The notes under the pieces: model-generated
Told to the model about the DNA's origin: nothing
The model's input: only the letters and a program-made list of their open reading frames with translations
Databases searched by the model: none
Origin: Intoshia linei
Lineage: Eukaryota > Animalia > Orthonectida
Reading direction: 5' to 3'
NCBI GenBank assembly: GCA_001642005.1
Contig: LWCA01000062.1
Location: 1,413-65,412, forward strand
Length of the DNA stretch: 64,000 nt
Shown: positions 1 to 11,865 of the stretch, piece after piece
How positions within the stretch are numbered: position 1 is the first letter of the stretch
How the letters are laid out: the number at the start of each line of letters is the position of its first letter
Made by a program: the position numbers and the translations under genes

Positions 1-1410
1 AAAATTCTGACCAAAAATTTCAATCTTAACAAGTGACGCATTCACATTCAAAACAAACAGTTTATTTTTTATTTTTAAATTTGCAATTATTTGATTAAAA
101 AATCAAAAATCAAAAAATTTTATTAAATATTTAAATTAATATTTTCGTTGTTGCAACTTGCAAAAATTAGAATTAGTAATTAATGTGTTTACAATGATCA
201 ATTTAATTTATGTCTTCACTTAAAAATTCAACTGCAAAAAATTTTAAACCGTTATAACGTAAATATCGATAATTGGTCAATATTAATTTCTACATTTAAA
301 TATGCAAACAATTTAATACATTTAAAATTACATTTTAATTAATATCCTTACAATTCAATATATTACAATACAAGGCATAACGTAATTTTACAATGTTTAT
401 CTATTGGTTACTATTTATTTAAGAAAGTACTCGGCGTAGAATTTTTAAAATACCCATTTCTAATACGATTTTTAAAGGGTGATGTTTTATCGTAAATTTA
501 ACTTTCAGAAAGATGAATCTTTAAGGTCAAAATCACTAATTATCCTTTTTTTAAAATTAAAATTATCGATTCCTAGAATTATAAAAAATACAAAATCTAA
601 CATCTTCACGGCAAAAACCTAACTTACCCTTTTTTGGAACAATGAAAAGTACTAAAATGTTATATAACATAAATTGCGGGTAAGTTTTAAAATCATAAAC
701 ATTATCATACTTGCAAACCTAAAAAAAATAATTTTCACGATCAAAACCCATATTACCCTTTTTATAAAAAATGAAAATAATCCCAAAATTTAAAAAAAAA
801 AATTTAATAAAAAATTTTACTATGAAAAAGTGATGCCTTCAAAAAACACTTTAGTATTCATTTTTATTTATTTTGTAACTATTTTTATTTGAAAAAAAAT
901 TGAAATAATAAATCAATAGGTCATATAATTAAAAACAAGACATTATTCTGATACTTCTTATTCCAGCTGATAAATATACAAAATTTCAAACCCAAAAATT
1001 ACGCATTCTCGGTGAAAAAAAACTTTGGATTTGGATTAAAATTAAAAATTAATCCTACAATTTCAAAAAAAATGTGCATTTGAACGTTTGAACATTGAAT
1101 GACTCTAGACATTTCCAATAATGAGATATGGGTGGAATTCTCATATATTGATTGCTTCGAGTATGTTCAATGCCACAAAATTTTTCATTTTCAATTACTC
1201 ATTTTAACATGTAAATTAAAAGATAATGTGAAATGACCGGTCCATGGTGAAATAAGTTAGAGAACCGATCCATTAAAGGATTGATAATAGTTAATAGTGA
1301 CATTTTTAAGTAAGATTTTATTATTGAATCTATTTTTTGGTAGAATTAAAAAAGTGCGACCTCGATAGAACTAGGTGCTGTTTGTACAAAGTACATAACA
1401 GTCAACCTAG
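1..1410 (+). mobile_element. 3' part of a non-autonomous Helitron-like repeat (inside a PFK intron)
   Basis: Shares internal blocks with other copies in the window. Ends in hairpin ctgtttgtac-aaa-gtacataacag followed by tcaacCTAG|T at 1410. Confidence 0.65.
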
Positions 1411-1582
1411 TATTATCATAAAAAAACAAACATAAAATAATTTTAAATTTTAATAATAAGATTTTGTAATAAATGTATTTTTTTGTATAATTCAAAAAAG
1501 TCTAAACGCGGCAGGCTAGGCACTGTTTTTAAAAAGTACACAAAGTCAAGATATCAACAATAAATTTTTTTATATTTTCTAC

Positions 1583-4523
1583 CTAAAGGCAGTGGTTGAA
1601 ATGTGATCAATAGATTCGATAATTCTGTGTAAAGCTGAATCTGCTCCAATAGTCATATCTGTACCATAAAAGTCATTATCTATCGATCCCACGATTCCAA
1701 CAATGTTGAATTTCATTTTTAGTCTATATTCCTCTTGGTTGATTTCGTCTAATATAGTAAAATAATCTAGTACGTTAACAGGTTCATTGAAATAACCAGT
1801 AAAATACAATACGTATCAATCAATGAAAATAAAATATCAATTTAATTAAAATTGTATTGTACTAATGAAACAGTTGACATTTACTGATTTATATAATCAT
1901 ACCATTTTTGTATAATTCTTCAATTAAACTTTCCCACTCTGATCTAAATGTATCTGCACCAGTGAGACTACCATCACCTAACATAATTTTGATAAAATAT
2001 TAAAAATGCGTAACCTCCAATTACAATTAAATTTACTATTTTTCGTTTGACCAAGTTTAGAGCGGCTTTATATCGACCCTCACGTGTTCTAAATTCCTTA
2101 CACCTTGAACTTCCCAAAACGGTGCCGCCCTAATTACAATTATAATACATGTACATAAGGGTGTCACATCAAATATTTTTTTTAAGAAATTCAAAAACAT
2201 ACCCAGTAGATTAGATGTAATTTGATAAAAAAATAACAATCCAATGACTAATTCTGAAAAATACTTATTAATGACTCAGCGTTGATTAATTAAGTTAACC
2301 CACAAACATTGATTAAACCCCAAAACATAATGATCATAATAATTATAATTATAAAAAAAATATTTTCGTTATTATAAAATAAAGTAAATTGTAAATGATG
2401 CAGCTAAACTCGTTTTATTAAAATATACAAATATTTTTAATTTTTCTCTATAAACAAAGCAGAAATTTCACTTTTTGTAAAAAAAATTAAGAAAAACATA
2501 AAAATAAACTTAAATTTAGCTCTTTTTTGTTAATTAAAAATTGATCAACGCTGAGTCATTAATGAGTATTTTTCAAAATTAGTCATCGGATTGTCATTTT
2601 TTTATTAAATTACATCTAATCTACTGGGTATGTTTTTGAATTTCTTAAACAAAATATTTGATGTGACACCCTAAGTTACACTTTATTAATGCAATTTTAT
2701 TACCTTTTGAATTATACCCGACACATCCACCCAATTTGATTTAGTTATATAATTTTCACCTTTAATCAGTCCAATGTAACCCTAATATTTTATATATTAC
2801 AAGTCGCAATCGCTTTCAATTATATAACATTACATTTTAAAAAGATGCATTTTCCGATTTTTACACGATTATCCTTATAAACCCCATTAAATTATAATAT
2901 AATTATGTTAATATTGTTGGAAANAAAACAAAATCATCATAATAATTATAAAAAAAATATTTTCGTTATTATAAAATAAAGTATATTGCAAATGATGCAG
3001 CTGATCGCGTTTTATTAAAATATACAAACATTTTTAATTTTTCTCCACAAACAAAGCAGGAATTTAAGTTTTTGTAAAAAAAAATTAAGAAAAACATGAA
3101 AATAAACTTAAATTTAGCTCTATTTTGTTAATTACTTAATTGATCAACGCTGAGTCATTGATGAGTATTTTTCAAAATTAGTCATCGGATTGTCATTTTT
3201 TTTCAAATTAAATCTAATCTACTGGGTATGTTTTTGAATTTCTTAAAAAAAATATTTGATGTGACACCCTAGTGTACATTCTCCTTATCATTATATTCTA
3301 TGTATATTATGGAATTCACAGCCAATCCTTTTGGCCAAATATCCTCCTTACATTATAATAATAATAATGTATATTTATTTAATGAGAAGGATGGTTTTGT
3401 TTCTTTGAGGACAGTAATGCAATATTTATAGATATATGTGAAGAAGAAACACTATTCTANCCCCAAAACATAATGATCATAATAATTATAATTATAAAAA
3501 AAATATTTTCGTTATTATAAAATAAAGTAAATTGTAAATGATGCAGCTAAACTCGTTTTATTAAAATATACAAATATTTTTAATTTTTCTCTATAAACAA
3601 AGCAGAAATTTCACTTTTTGTAAAAAAAATTAAGAAAAACATAAAAATAAACTTAAATTTAGCTCTTTTTTGTTAATTAAAAATTGATCAACGCTGAGTC
3701 ATTAATGAGTATTTTTCAAAATTAGTCATCGGATTGTCATTTTTTTATTAAATTACATCTAATCTACTGGGTATGTTTTTGAATTTCTTAAACAAAATAT
3801 TTGATGTGACACCCTAAGTTACACTTTATTAATGCAATTTTATTACCTTTTGAATTATACCCGACACATCCACCCAATTTGATTTAGTTATATAATTTTC
3901 ACCTTTAATCAGTCCAATGTAACCCTAATATTTTATATATTACAAGTCGCAATCGCTTTCAATTATATAACATTACATTTTAAAAAGATGCATTTTCCGA
4001 TTTTTACACGATTATCCTTATAAACCCCATTAAATTATAATATAATTATGTTAATATTGTTGGAAATGTAAAAAATGTTGCAATTGGAAATGTACAAAAT
4101 TTATCAAACCGTATGTATTATTTTGTGAAAAAATTGTATGTATTAATTTGAATGGATAGACAGCTCAGTTAAAAATGACTAACACAATTATAGTGGATTA
4201 ACTATACAAGTGTAAGTAACGTAAATAAGCTTTTAATGTATGAATGGTTCAGGAATTTCTAAACATCATACATGATAATAAATAATTTAATACCTCTTTG
4301 ACCATATAAACTTCGGATCCTAAATAAATGCCCATCCTTACCACAGCCCGAATAGCAGCATTCATACCTGAAAATGGGCAGTCATATGAATTTCAATAAT
4401 TTAACCTTGACAGTCTCCACCACTCGTCAAAACTGCAATGGACGCTAAATTTCCAATGTTCAAGCTTGTGATAGATGATCCTTCATGACCAATGCTATTC
4501 ACAATTGATAATCTGCGTTCCAT
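1583..4523 (-). CDS. PFK: ATP-dependent 6-phosphofructokinase, 5' exons only (gene continues left of the window)
   Basis: Spliced translation: MERRLS...[36 protein letters not shown]...[28 protein letters not shown]...[11 protein letters not shown]/...[33 protein letters not shown]. These are diagnostic PFK N-half motifs, with GT-AG introns. Confidence 0.95.
2159..2671. mobile_element. MITE with long (about 130 bp) terminal inverted repeats, probably Tc1/mariner-type; further partial copies at about 2925-3270 and 3461-3814
   Basis: gggtgtcacatcaaatatttt...gactcagcgttga at the left end and its reverse complement ending gatgtgacaccc|ta at the right end. Confidence 0.75.
3461..4066. repeat. Apparently identical duplicate of 2318-2923 (includes one PFK exon), bounded by single-N gaps; likely assembly overlap
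   Basis: Sequence identical by eye. N at 2924 and 3460 lies exactly at the copy boundaries. Confidence 0.8.
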
Positions 4524-4646
4524 ATTTTAAATTAAATAAATAGTTACTAATGGAAATTGAGATTGATTACTTTTAGTTATATATGTAGTTCACGAGATTT
4601 GAGAACATTAAAAATGTATTAACAAATGTACAATTAATTAATTTAA

Positions 4647-5788
4647 TTATTCAGTCCATTTATTGAGACATTCTTCATTGCAGCAAACATAATATAGCCG
4701 CATTCCCTCCTAGATGAAAAAATTACATTACCAAATCAATATCATACAGATAAAGACTTTGATTGAAAAAACACAGCCTCTTTTCTTTTACATTTAGGAC
4801 ACGCATGTTCTTCTGTTCTAAATTTCATTTAATATAAACCAAAAAACTTTTACCTAGGTAATGATGGGTCCGATATAACGTCGGGAACAATTTGAGTTAA
4901 TTCGCTAAGAATATAATATATTACAATATATTTATTTAATTTTTTTACTCAGTTTCATGTTTTATATTATTAACGTATACACAATTGTTGCTCGCTACTT
5001 CTTCAAAATGACAGTTTCTACACTTTCAGGATTATTTAGTATATATTTAAATTTACCACAAACATTAATACTTTCTCTTGTTCGTTAGGTTTAGGGTACA
5101 ACATGTTGTTACTAAAATGTAAAATTGAGTCGTGTACGTCAATATGCTATTCACATTATTCATAATTAAACGAAATTAAAATTAAAGTTTTAATAATTCT
5201 AAATTTCATTTTAATCGAATGTCATGTTTTTAAACTTTTAGTACGGTTTTAAATTCAATGCATATTTTCAATAAATGCTTACCGATTATCAATGACATGA
5301 TGGTCAAGATTATTTATAATACTATTTAATCATTAAATTCTAACGTTAATCAAAAATAAATTCATTGTAAAAAGTATAATTAATAATTTATAACTTTATA
5401 AGTCATGACATATCCCACCAGGAGTGTCAGCATTTTATGTTAAACTATATGATTTTTTTTAAATTAAAATAAATATTCTCTTATAATCAATATAGTAATA
5501 TACAGTGTTTTATTAATGAAATTAAATGTTTCATTGTGTACCATGATGACCCTTGTTAGAAAGTTAGTATATTGTGCTCATTCTAAAGAAATTAATATCG
5601 ATTCCATAGTATAGTGAAAAAATATAAACATTTTAAATTAACAGTAATAAATAATAAAGTCAAACATTATATATATTCTTAACAGTAATTACCCAGAAAG
5701 TCATATGAGACGAATTCGTGTTGAATAAAATATTAAAATATTACCATTCTTGACAAAATACAACTGATGTAAATGCCTTTTTGACCAT
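4647..5788 (-). CDS. POLR2I: RNA polymerase II subunit RPB9
   Basis: MVKKAFTSVVFCQEC/NNMLYPKPNEQEKVLMFV/CRNCHFEEVASNNCVYVN.../ELTQIVPDVISDPSLP/RTEEHACPKCKRKEAVFFQSKSLS/EGMRLYYVCCNEECLNKWTE*. Two zinc ribbons matching RPB9. Confidence 0.95.
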
Positions 5789-6129
5789 TTTATTTTCGTT
5801 TATAGATTAGTTAATTTATAGATTGAAATTTGAAAAAACAATAAACATTTTTTACTTTTAAATAAATTAAAATCATATCGTTACCTTATATACCAAATAA
5901 TAAGATTTTCAATTTTTACTAAAGTTCAGATTGATTTAAATATTATTAAATTTTTTTGAACAATTTGTTGTTAAATTACAATTATTGTATGTCGAGATTC
6001 GAATATCAACTTTTTATGTCTTTTATGATTTATGATTTTTATGTGTAGCTAGCAATAGTCATATGATTATCACCTACGTATAATGAGTGTGATATATGAT
6101 GCCATTTATAGATATAATATTTCAACGTA

Positions 6130-7251
6130 AAAATTGTCATAAATAGCATAACTTCCCGCAAAATAAAATTATAAAAACTTATTTTTTCATTTTCAGTGTG
6201 ATGGTATATATTCAGTACTAATTTAATAAATACTTAAAAATACCAATTATGTATCAGTAATTAACGGAATCTTTACTTTATAAACATCTCAGTCGAATTT
6301 TACCAAAATTGCAAAGGATTATAATGAATATAAATACATTATTTAAACACACAATAAATAAATAAATACAACAACAATACAAACAACATTAACAAAGTTG
6401 TATTACTTTTAGTTTCTATTTAAATTTTATTAAAAATGTTTTGAAAATGAGAATTTGAAATTTAAAAATTGCGTAGCAATGAAAAAAATTCCAAAAGCAT
6501 GAATTATATAGATTTTCACCCATATTTCTATATTGGAAATGTGTAGACGTACAATGCAAATTCTTTTTAAAATTGTGGGATCAATATTTACATTTTTAAC
6601 TTTTTTAATTGAAATATTTGAAAAATATGGGTTGATAATATATTAAAAATTATTTTTCATCGGGAATGCGTAGATTTCTCGGGTTACTTTTGCATGTATA
6701 TCAATTGGAATAAGCTCTATCAGAATAATCTTCTTTTTTTAATTTTTGGAGGGTTTATTATTTCACATTTTTTGTTTTAATAAAATATTTCGGAAAAAAA
6801 ATATATGAATACTAAAATGCTTTTTTGACCATGAAGTCATCGATTATTCGGATTGAAATTTTTTGTGTGTGTTAACAGGATACAACTGTACCACCCGTAA
6901 TTTTTTTTAAATTTTAGGGCTTTTTTCATTAAAAAAGAAGGTAATTTGTGGTTTTGGTCCTGAAGATATAATTTTTTTAAATTTAAATTTATGATAATGT
7001 TTATGATTTTAAAATCCGTATCAGCGTATACATTTTTTAAAATTCTCCAACTCGTGTGATTTTCAAAAAAAAAACAATTGGGCTTTTTGACCCGTAAGAT
7101 GTGAGTTTGAGAGGTTGAAATTTATCTTATTATTACCCCCACAAAGAACTGAATTGAAATGTGGACTTTATAAAATTATAAGACTGGTAGTTATTTCAAT
7201 AAAGTGGAACACACACAAACAAATATTGCGTAGCATATTATATAAGTAAGA
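6130..7251 (-). mobile_element. Helitron-like repeat copy (5' portion, reverse orientation)
   Basis: Reverse complement of the family 5' end (tcttacttatataatatgctacgcaatatttgtttgtgtgtg) at about 7205-7251, plus shared internal blocks. Left boundary approximate. Confidence 0.6.
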
Positions 7252-8528
7252 ATAGCAATGAAAATACAATTGTATTGTTAACACAAGTCGAACTTAAGAT
7301 AAAAGTTACGGAATAAGTGCATTATAAGTGATCTGCGAATTATGTTATTATTAGAGCATTACAATAGAAATCTTATGTATTAAGCCAAAGCTTCCCACAC
7401 TTTTTTCATGATGGGCCTGTAGTAAATTATAAAATTTATCGCGTACCGGTAAAAATTTTTTTTGACTGGAGGATTGTCAATAATATTTCGAGCTATAACT
7501 GTAATAAGTTTACTAACCCATTCTACTAATTTGATATTTTCAATAAACTTCCTAATAGTGGAATTTGATGCCCGATTAAATGAAAAAATTTGTTATTATA
7601 TCATTTACACAAATTATTCATTATAGCAAAATTATAGTCCGTAGCATTATTTTATTTTCAAGTACTTAGTACAATAAATAAGTACGCAATTATAATTATT
7701 TAATGTGTGCGATTTTTGTCTGTGCCGTTTTTGTATGTGCCATTTTTGTAGATAAACACCGAGCTTGAGGTCATTTGATTATGAAATAAAGGTCCTAAAA
7801 AAAATTAGCAAACCGATTGTAGTATTTTATGTTACCTCTTTAAGGTCTTGACTAAAAACTTTTAATTTACAAACAAAATAGTTATGATATTCAAGTGCAA
7901 TGTATATAATATAATTAGTAGAAATGATGCCCAATTTACAAAAATTTCGCCGAGGCCATCCGAACGGGGTCTCAATACGTTAGGCTGAATACTGATCATT
8001 ATGCTATTAAATTAATGGTAATTATCATACTTAAAGCGCATGTTTCCTTAAAAATGTGACATATTAATAATAATAAAACTAAAAATTTATTGAAAAAAAC
8101 CAAAACCATAATTTTCTCGAAAATAAACTGTGTGTAGTAACAAGTTATTTTAAAAGTTTTTTCTAGTGCACCATTACATTTACAAACTATTTTTTCACTG
8201 AAATTCTTTTATTTAGGGCGGCGTGCATATTTTTACACCAACGGGAATTAAACCCAAATAAAATTTTATACTACTACATCGATCGCTTGTAAGCGACTTT
8301 AACATTAAAAAAATCCACAACTTGCAGTGTGTGTGAGTTGACATTTTTATGATTTTGCCTCTGTTGAGGCAGAGTGACTACCCCTAGTTATATTGACTAA
8401 ATTTAAATTTTTCACTACATTATTCACATAGTTCAAATAAATACCAAATATAAAAAAGTTGCTATGTGGTAAACGCAACAAACAAAAATTAGTATAGATA
8501 CATAATATAAACATAAATATCATACTAA

Positions 8529-9477
8529 ATGTCAAATTTGGGTTCAGAGGAAATAGAAGAAGAACAGGGACCATATTTGGGAGAATACGAAGGCGAAAGA
8601 AACCAAAAAGACGAAAGACATGGTCGAGGTAAAGCAATTTTGCCAAACGGAGACACATATGAAGGAGATTATGAAAATGGTCAAAGAAACGGTACAGGCA
8701 TATATAAATTTAAAAATGGAGCTCGTTACACTGGAGAATGGTTAAGAAATAAAAAACACGGTACAGGAACATTTGCATTTCCAGATGGATCTAAATATGA
8801 AGGATCCTGGAGTGAAGACCAAAGAAATGGAATAGGAAAATATTGTAATTTTTATTTTATTTTCCTGAACGTGAATTAATTTATTTTTAGATTACGTCAA
8901 TGGAGACATTTATGATGGCGAATGGCTAAATCATGAAAGATCTGGCCAAGGATCATACACAAATGCTAAAACGGAATCAACATATATTGGAGTTTTTCAC
9001 GAAGGTAAAATGAGTGGTATGGGAGAAGTTGTTTATGGTACCTACAAATTTATTGGATCATTCAAAGAGAATAAACCTGAAGGTAAAGGAAAATTTGTAT
9101 TTGCAAATCAGTGTGTTCAAACCGGTGAATATAATTGGGTTGAAAAACCAAATATTGCTGGGGATGAGGATGAAACTGTCATTGTTCCAGTTTGGAATGC
9201 TGAAGATTTAAATATTGTGTCACAATTTCATACAGATGAGTCAATTATTAAAGATATCGTTATATCTGAAGATCCGATACCAGAAGATTTAGATGATAAA
9301 ATCGATTTACATAATTCTGTTAATGAAGCAGTTGAAGAAATTGCTGAGCCGACTGCAGAAAATGAAGCTTTACTAGAAAATTTTGATAACGTGGATAACG
9401 TTGAGAAAACTGCAGAGGAGCTAACGGAAGAACCTAAAACAGATGAACCAGAACTTGTAGAAGAGAAGGAAGAATAA
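8529..9477 (+). CDS. RSPH1: Radial spoke head 1 homolog (MORN-repeat ciliary protein)
   Basis: [46 protein letters not shown] is the RSPH1 N-terminus. Several MORN repeats and an acidic tail; a 46-nt intron (8845-8890) joins the two ORFs in frame. Confidence 0.93.
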
Positions 9478-9655
9478 ATTGTATATTTACATAAAACATT
9501 ATTAAAACATTTCTTATTCTTTGAAACTCATTAGATTTATTTCAAAATATCATTCCTCTATAATAGGATTCAGAACCTTATTTAGCTCTCTTTTTTGACA
9601 TAAAAACTTTCAATAACAACATAAATGGGATATCAATCCTTACCTTTATAAATTA

Positions 9656-10178
9656 CTAGCTTGACTGTTATGTAGATCATACAAACATTCGTTTTAAATC
9701 ACTTAATGGACTAAAAATGTTTTTATTCTTAGCATTAAAGAGTTCAGTAGACCAAAATCGAACTTAACATACTCGCGAGCCAGCAAAAAATCAAAAATAA
9801 GCACCTAAATTTTTTTCATAAATATCTATTATAATTTTATTTTTTATAAAATTTGAGGATTTTTTGATTTCTAAAAAAAAAAGTAATCTGGGGATTTGAT
9901 CGTGAAAAAACACTTTTCTGAGATTTCGATTATTGATAATAGTTATTATTTTAAAATTTTTATCAGACTGTATTTTTGTAATTCTAAGACTCGTTTGAAT
10001 TTTAAAAAAATGGAAAATTGGGTTTTTGACCATAAAGGATTCAAATTCGCAAACTGAAAAATAAATATCAACATCCCCTGTGAAAAATCGTATTAGAAAT
10101 TGGGATTTTTTAATTCTACGACTGTTCATTTTTTAAATATACGGTAACACACAGATATTTAATTTTATATAAGTAAAT
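9656..10178 (-). mobile_element. Short, internally deleted Helitron-like copy
   Basis: Minus-strand 3' end ...cataacagtcaagCTAG|T at 9656. Family 5'-like sequence near 10150-10178. Confidence 0.55.
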
Positions 10179-10866
10179 GGATTATTTCATATATTTTTTA
10201 AAGCTCAGAATTCTAATTTTTATTGGTCACATACAATATATAATTATATAATATAATAAACAACTATATATATTGTATGTCGAAATGTGTCGTTTATATA
10301 TTTTGCAAATTAATTTTATTTTATTCAAAACAACAAATGTTCCAAATTAAAGTTTTTTATTTTAAAATTGATATTCTCTGCGCAACATTTTGATATAAGA
10401 AACATCTTGGCTATAACACATATCAGAAACTATAAGAAATATGCGACAATAACTTATAAATGGCAAGCTATTATTTGTCGAAATTCGAGCGAATTATAAT
10501 GAAATAGAATATAAACTATAATAATGTATTTCTTTTTTAAAGTTGATGAAATATTGTTTTAATATTAATGACTAATGTGGTAAGCTTTAAACTGTAAGAT
10601 CTCCTCGTTTTGAAATTTGGAGTCTATTTCTCTTTTCTGTTATAACAAACAGTTATGTACGACTAAAACAACACTAAACGAGCATTTTGCTAAATAAGAA
10701 AATCAAAATTGCAACAAGGCCATCATACCAAAATTATATAGTTTTTTAAAATTTTTTCAGTAAGCCACATCATATATCCTTTGATTCTAATTACAGTTTG
10801 TAAATATTTATCATTTGTATATTAAAACAATATAAATACAATAATATTGGTATATGTCGTATAGAA

Positions 10867-11318
10867 CAGTGGTTGCCAAATTGTGCGCTTGACCTCACCA
10901 GGGGGACTACAGAGTCTGAGCTGGGCCGCAAATTTAAGAAAAATTTTACAATAAAATTAGAATTGTTGATATTAATTTGATTTAGTATTTGATATTTAGT
11001 ATATTTTTGAAATTTGAGTTATTTTGGATTATAATAAATTTAAATGTTATTAACCCTTACGAGACAATAACACGTATATAAACAAAAAAGAATCATCAGT
11101 CATCAATTTACAATTGTTTGTATACTAGGTTCTAGTAACTAGGATGTCATCTAATAACTAAAAAAAAATTAGTAATATTAATATTAAAAGATATCTTTTT
11201 TTAATCGCTGTAATAATAATATAATAAACATATTCACTATGTTGTACTAATTAATCTTCTCTAAAAATATTTGTATACAGTTAGGGGGGTCAACAATATA
11301 TTTTTTTGGGAACCACTG
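10867..11318. mobile_element. hAT-type MITE
   Basis: TIRs cagtggttgccaaa / tttgggaaccactg and a perfect 8-bp TSD GTATAGAA on both sides. Confidence 0.85.
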
Positions 11319-11865
11319 GTATAGAATGTGTAAAACTGTGAAATGTACACATTCTATGGGAAAGTCGTAGAATGTATACATTTCATGGATGACTCGTAGA
11401 ATGTGTAAAATTTTCATTTTTTGAACTAAATTTAAAAGGGGGATTTTAGAAATTTTTTTTTAATCAAACTTTCAAGGGGATTTTAAGATTTTGATTTAAC
11501 GATATTTTCAAGGGAGTTTTTAAGATTTACCAGGCCCACTAAAAATTGTAGGCCCACCAAATTTCAAATATCTACCAAAAATTTCATCATCTCCCACTGG
11601 TGGAAAACACAGGTTTAAAGGTTAATACCATTAACTATTTTCTAGTAGTGCATATGACTTTTTTAAAAGGTCTGTTGTTTGACTGTTATTCAGTGTTATA
11701 TTGACATTGCAATAAAGATGTAATAAAATATTGCGTTACATTGATATATAAATATTGGACTTATGCATATAAATGGAATTGTAATATGCGTATTTTTTTG
11801 TATAAACATATTTTTAGCAATGTCACCAGTATTCACAATGTCTAATATGTTATCCTAATCAGCCA

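Noticed and set aside
2318-4066. Two copies of a PFK exon (about 2705-2782 and 3848-3925) suggesting mutually exclusive exons
   Set aside because: The copies and their flanking intron and MITE sequence look identical and end exactly at single-N gaps. An assembly overlap is much more likely.
8347-8658. Antisense or alternative-frame ORFs over real genes (8347-8658, 9014-9211, 33503-33721, 37806-37991, 41723-41926, 62254-62583)
   Set aside because: Shadow ORFs with no motif or splice support. Unlike the E-protein last exon, no upstream exon feeds these frames.
9791-10129. F/K/I/N-rich ORFs (9791-10129, 31917-32171, 51831-52034, 57192-57398, 59610-59792)
   Set aside because: They lie within AT-rich Helitron or MITE-like repeat sequence, and their composition reflects the DNA bias.
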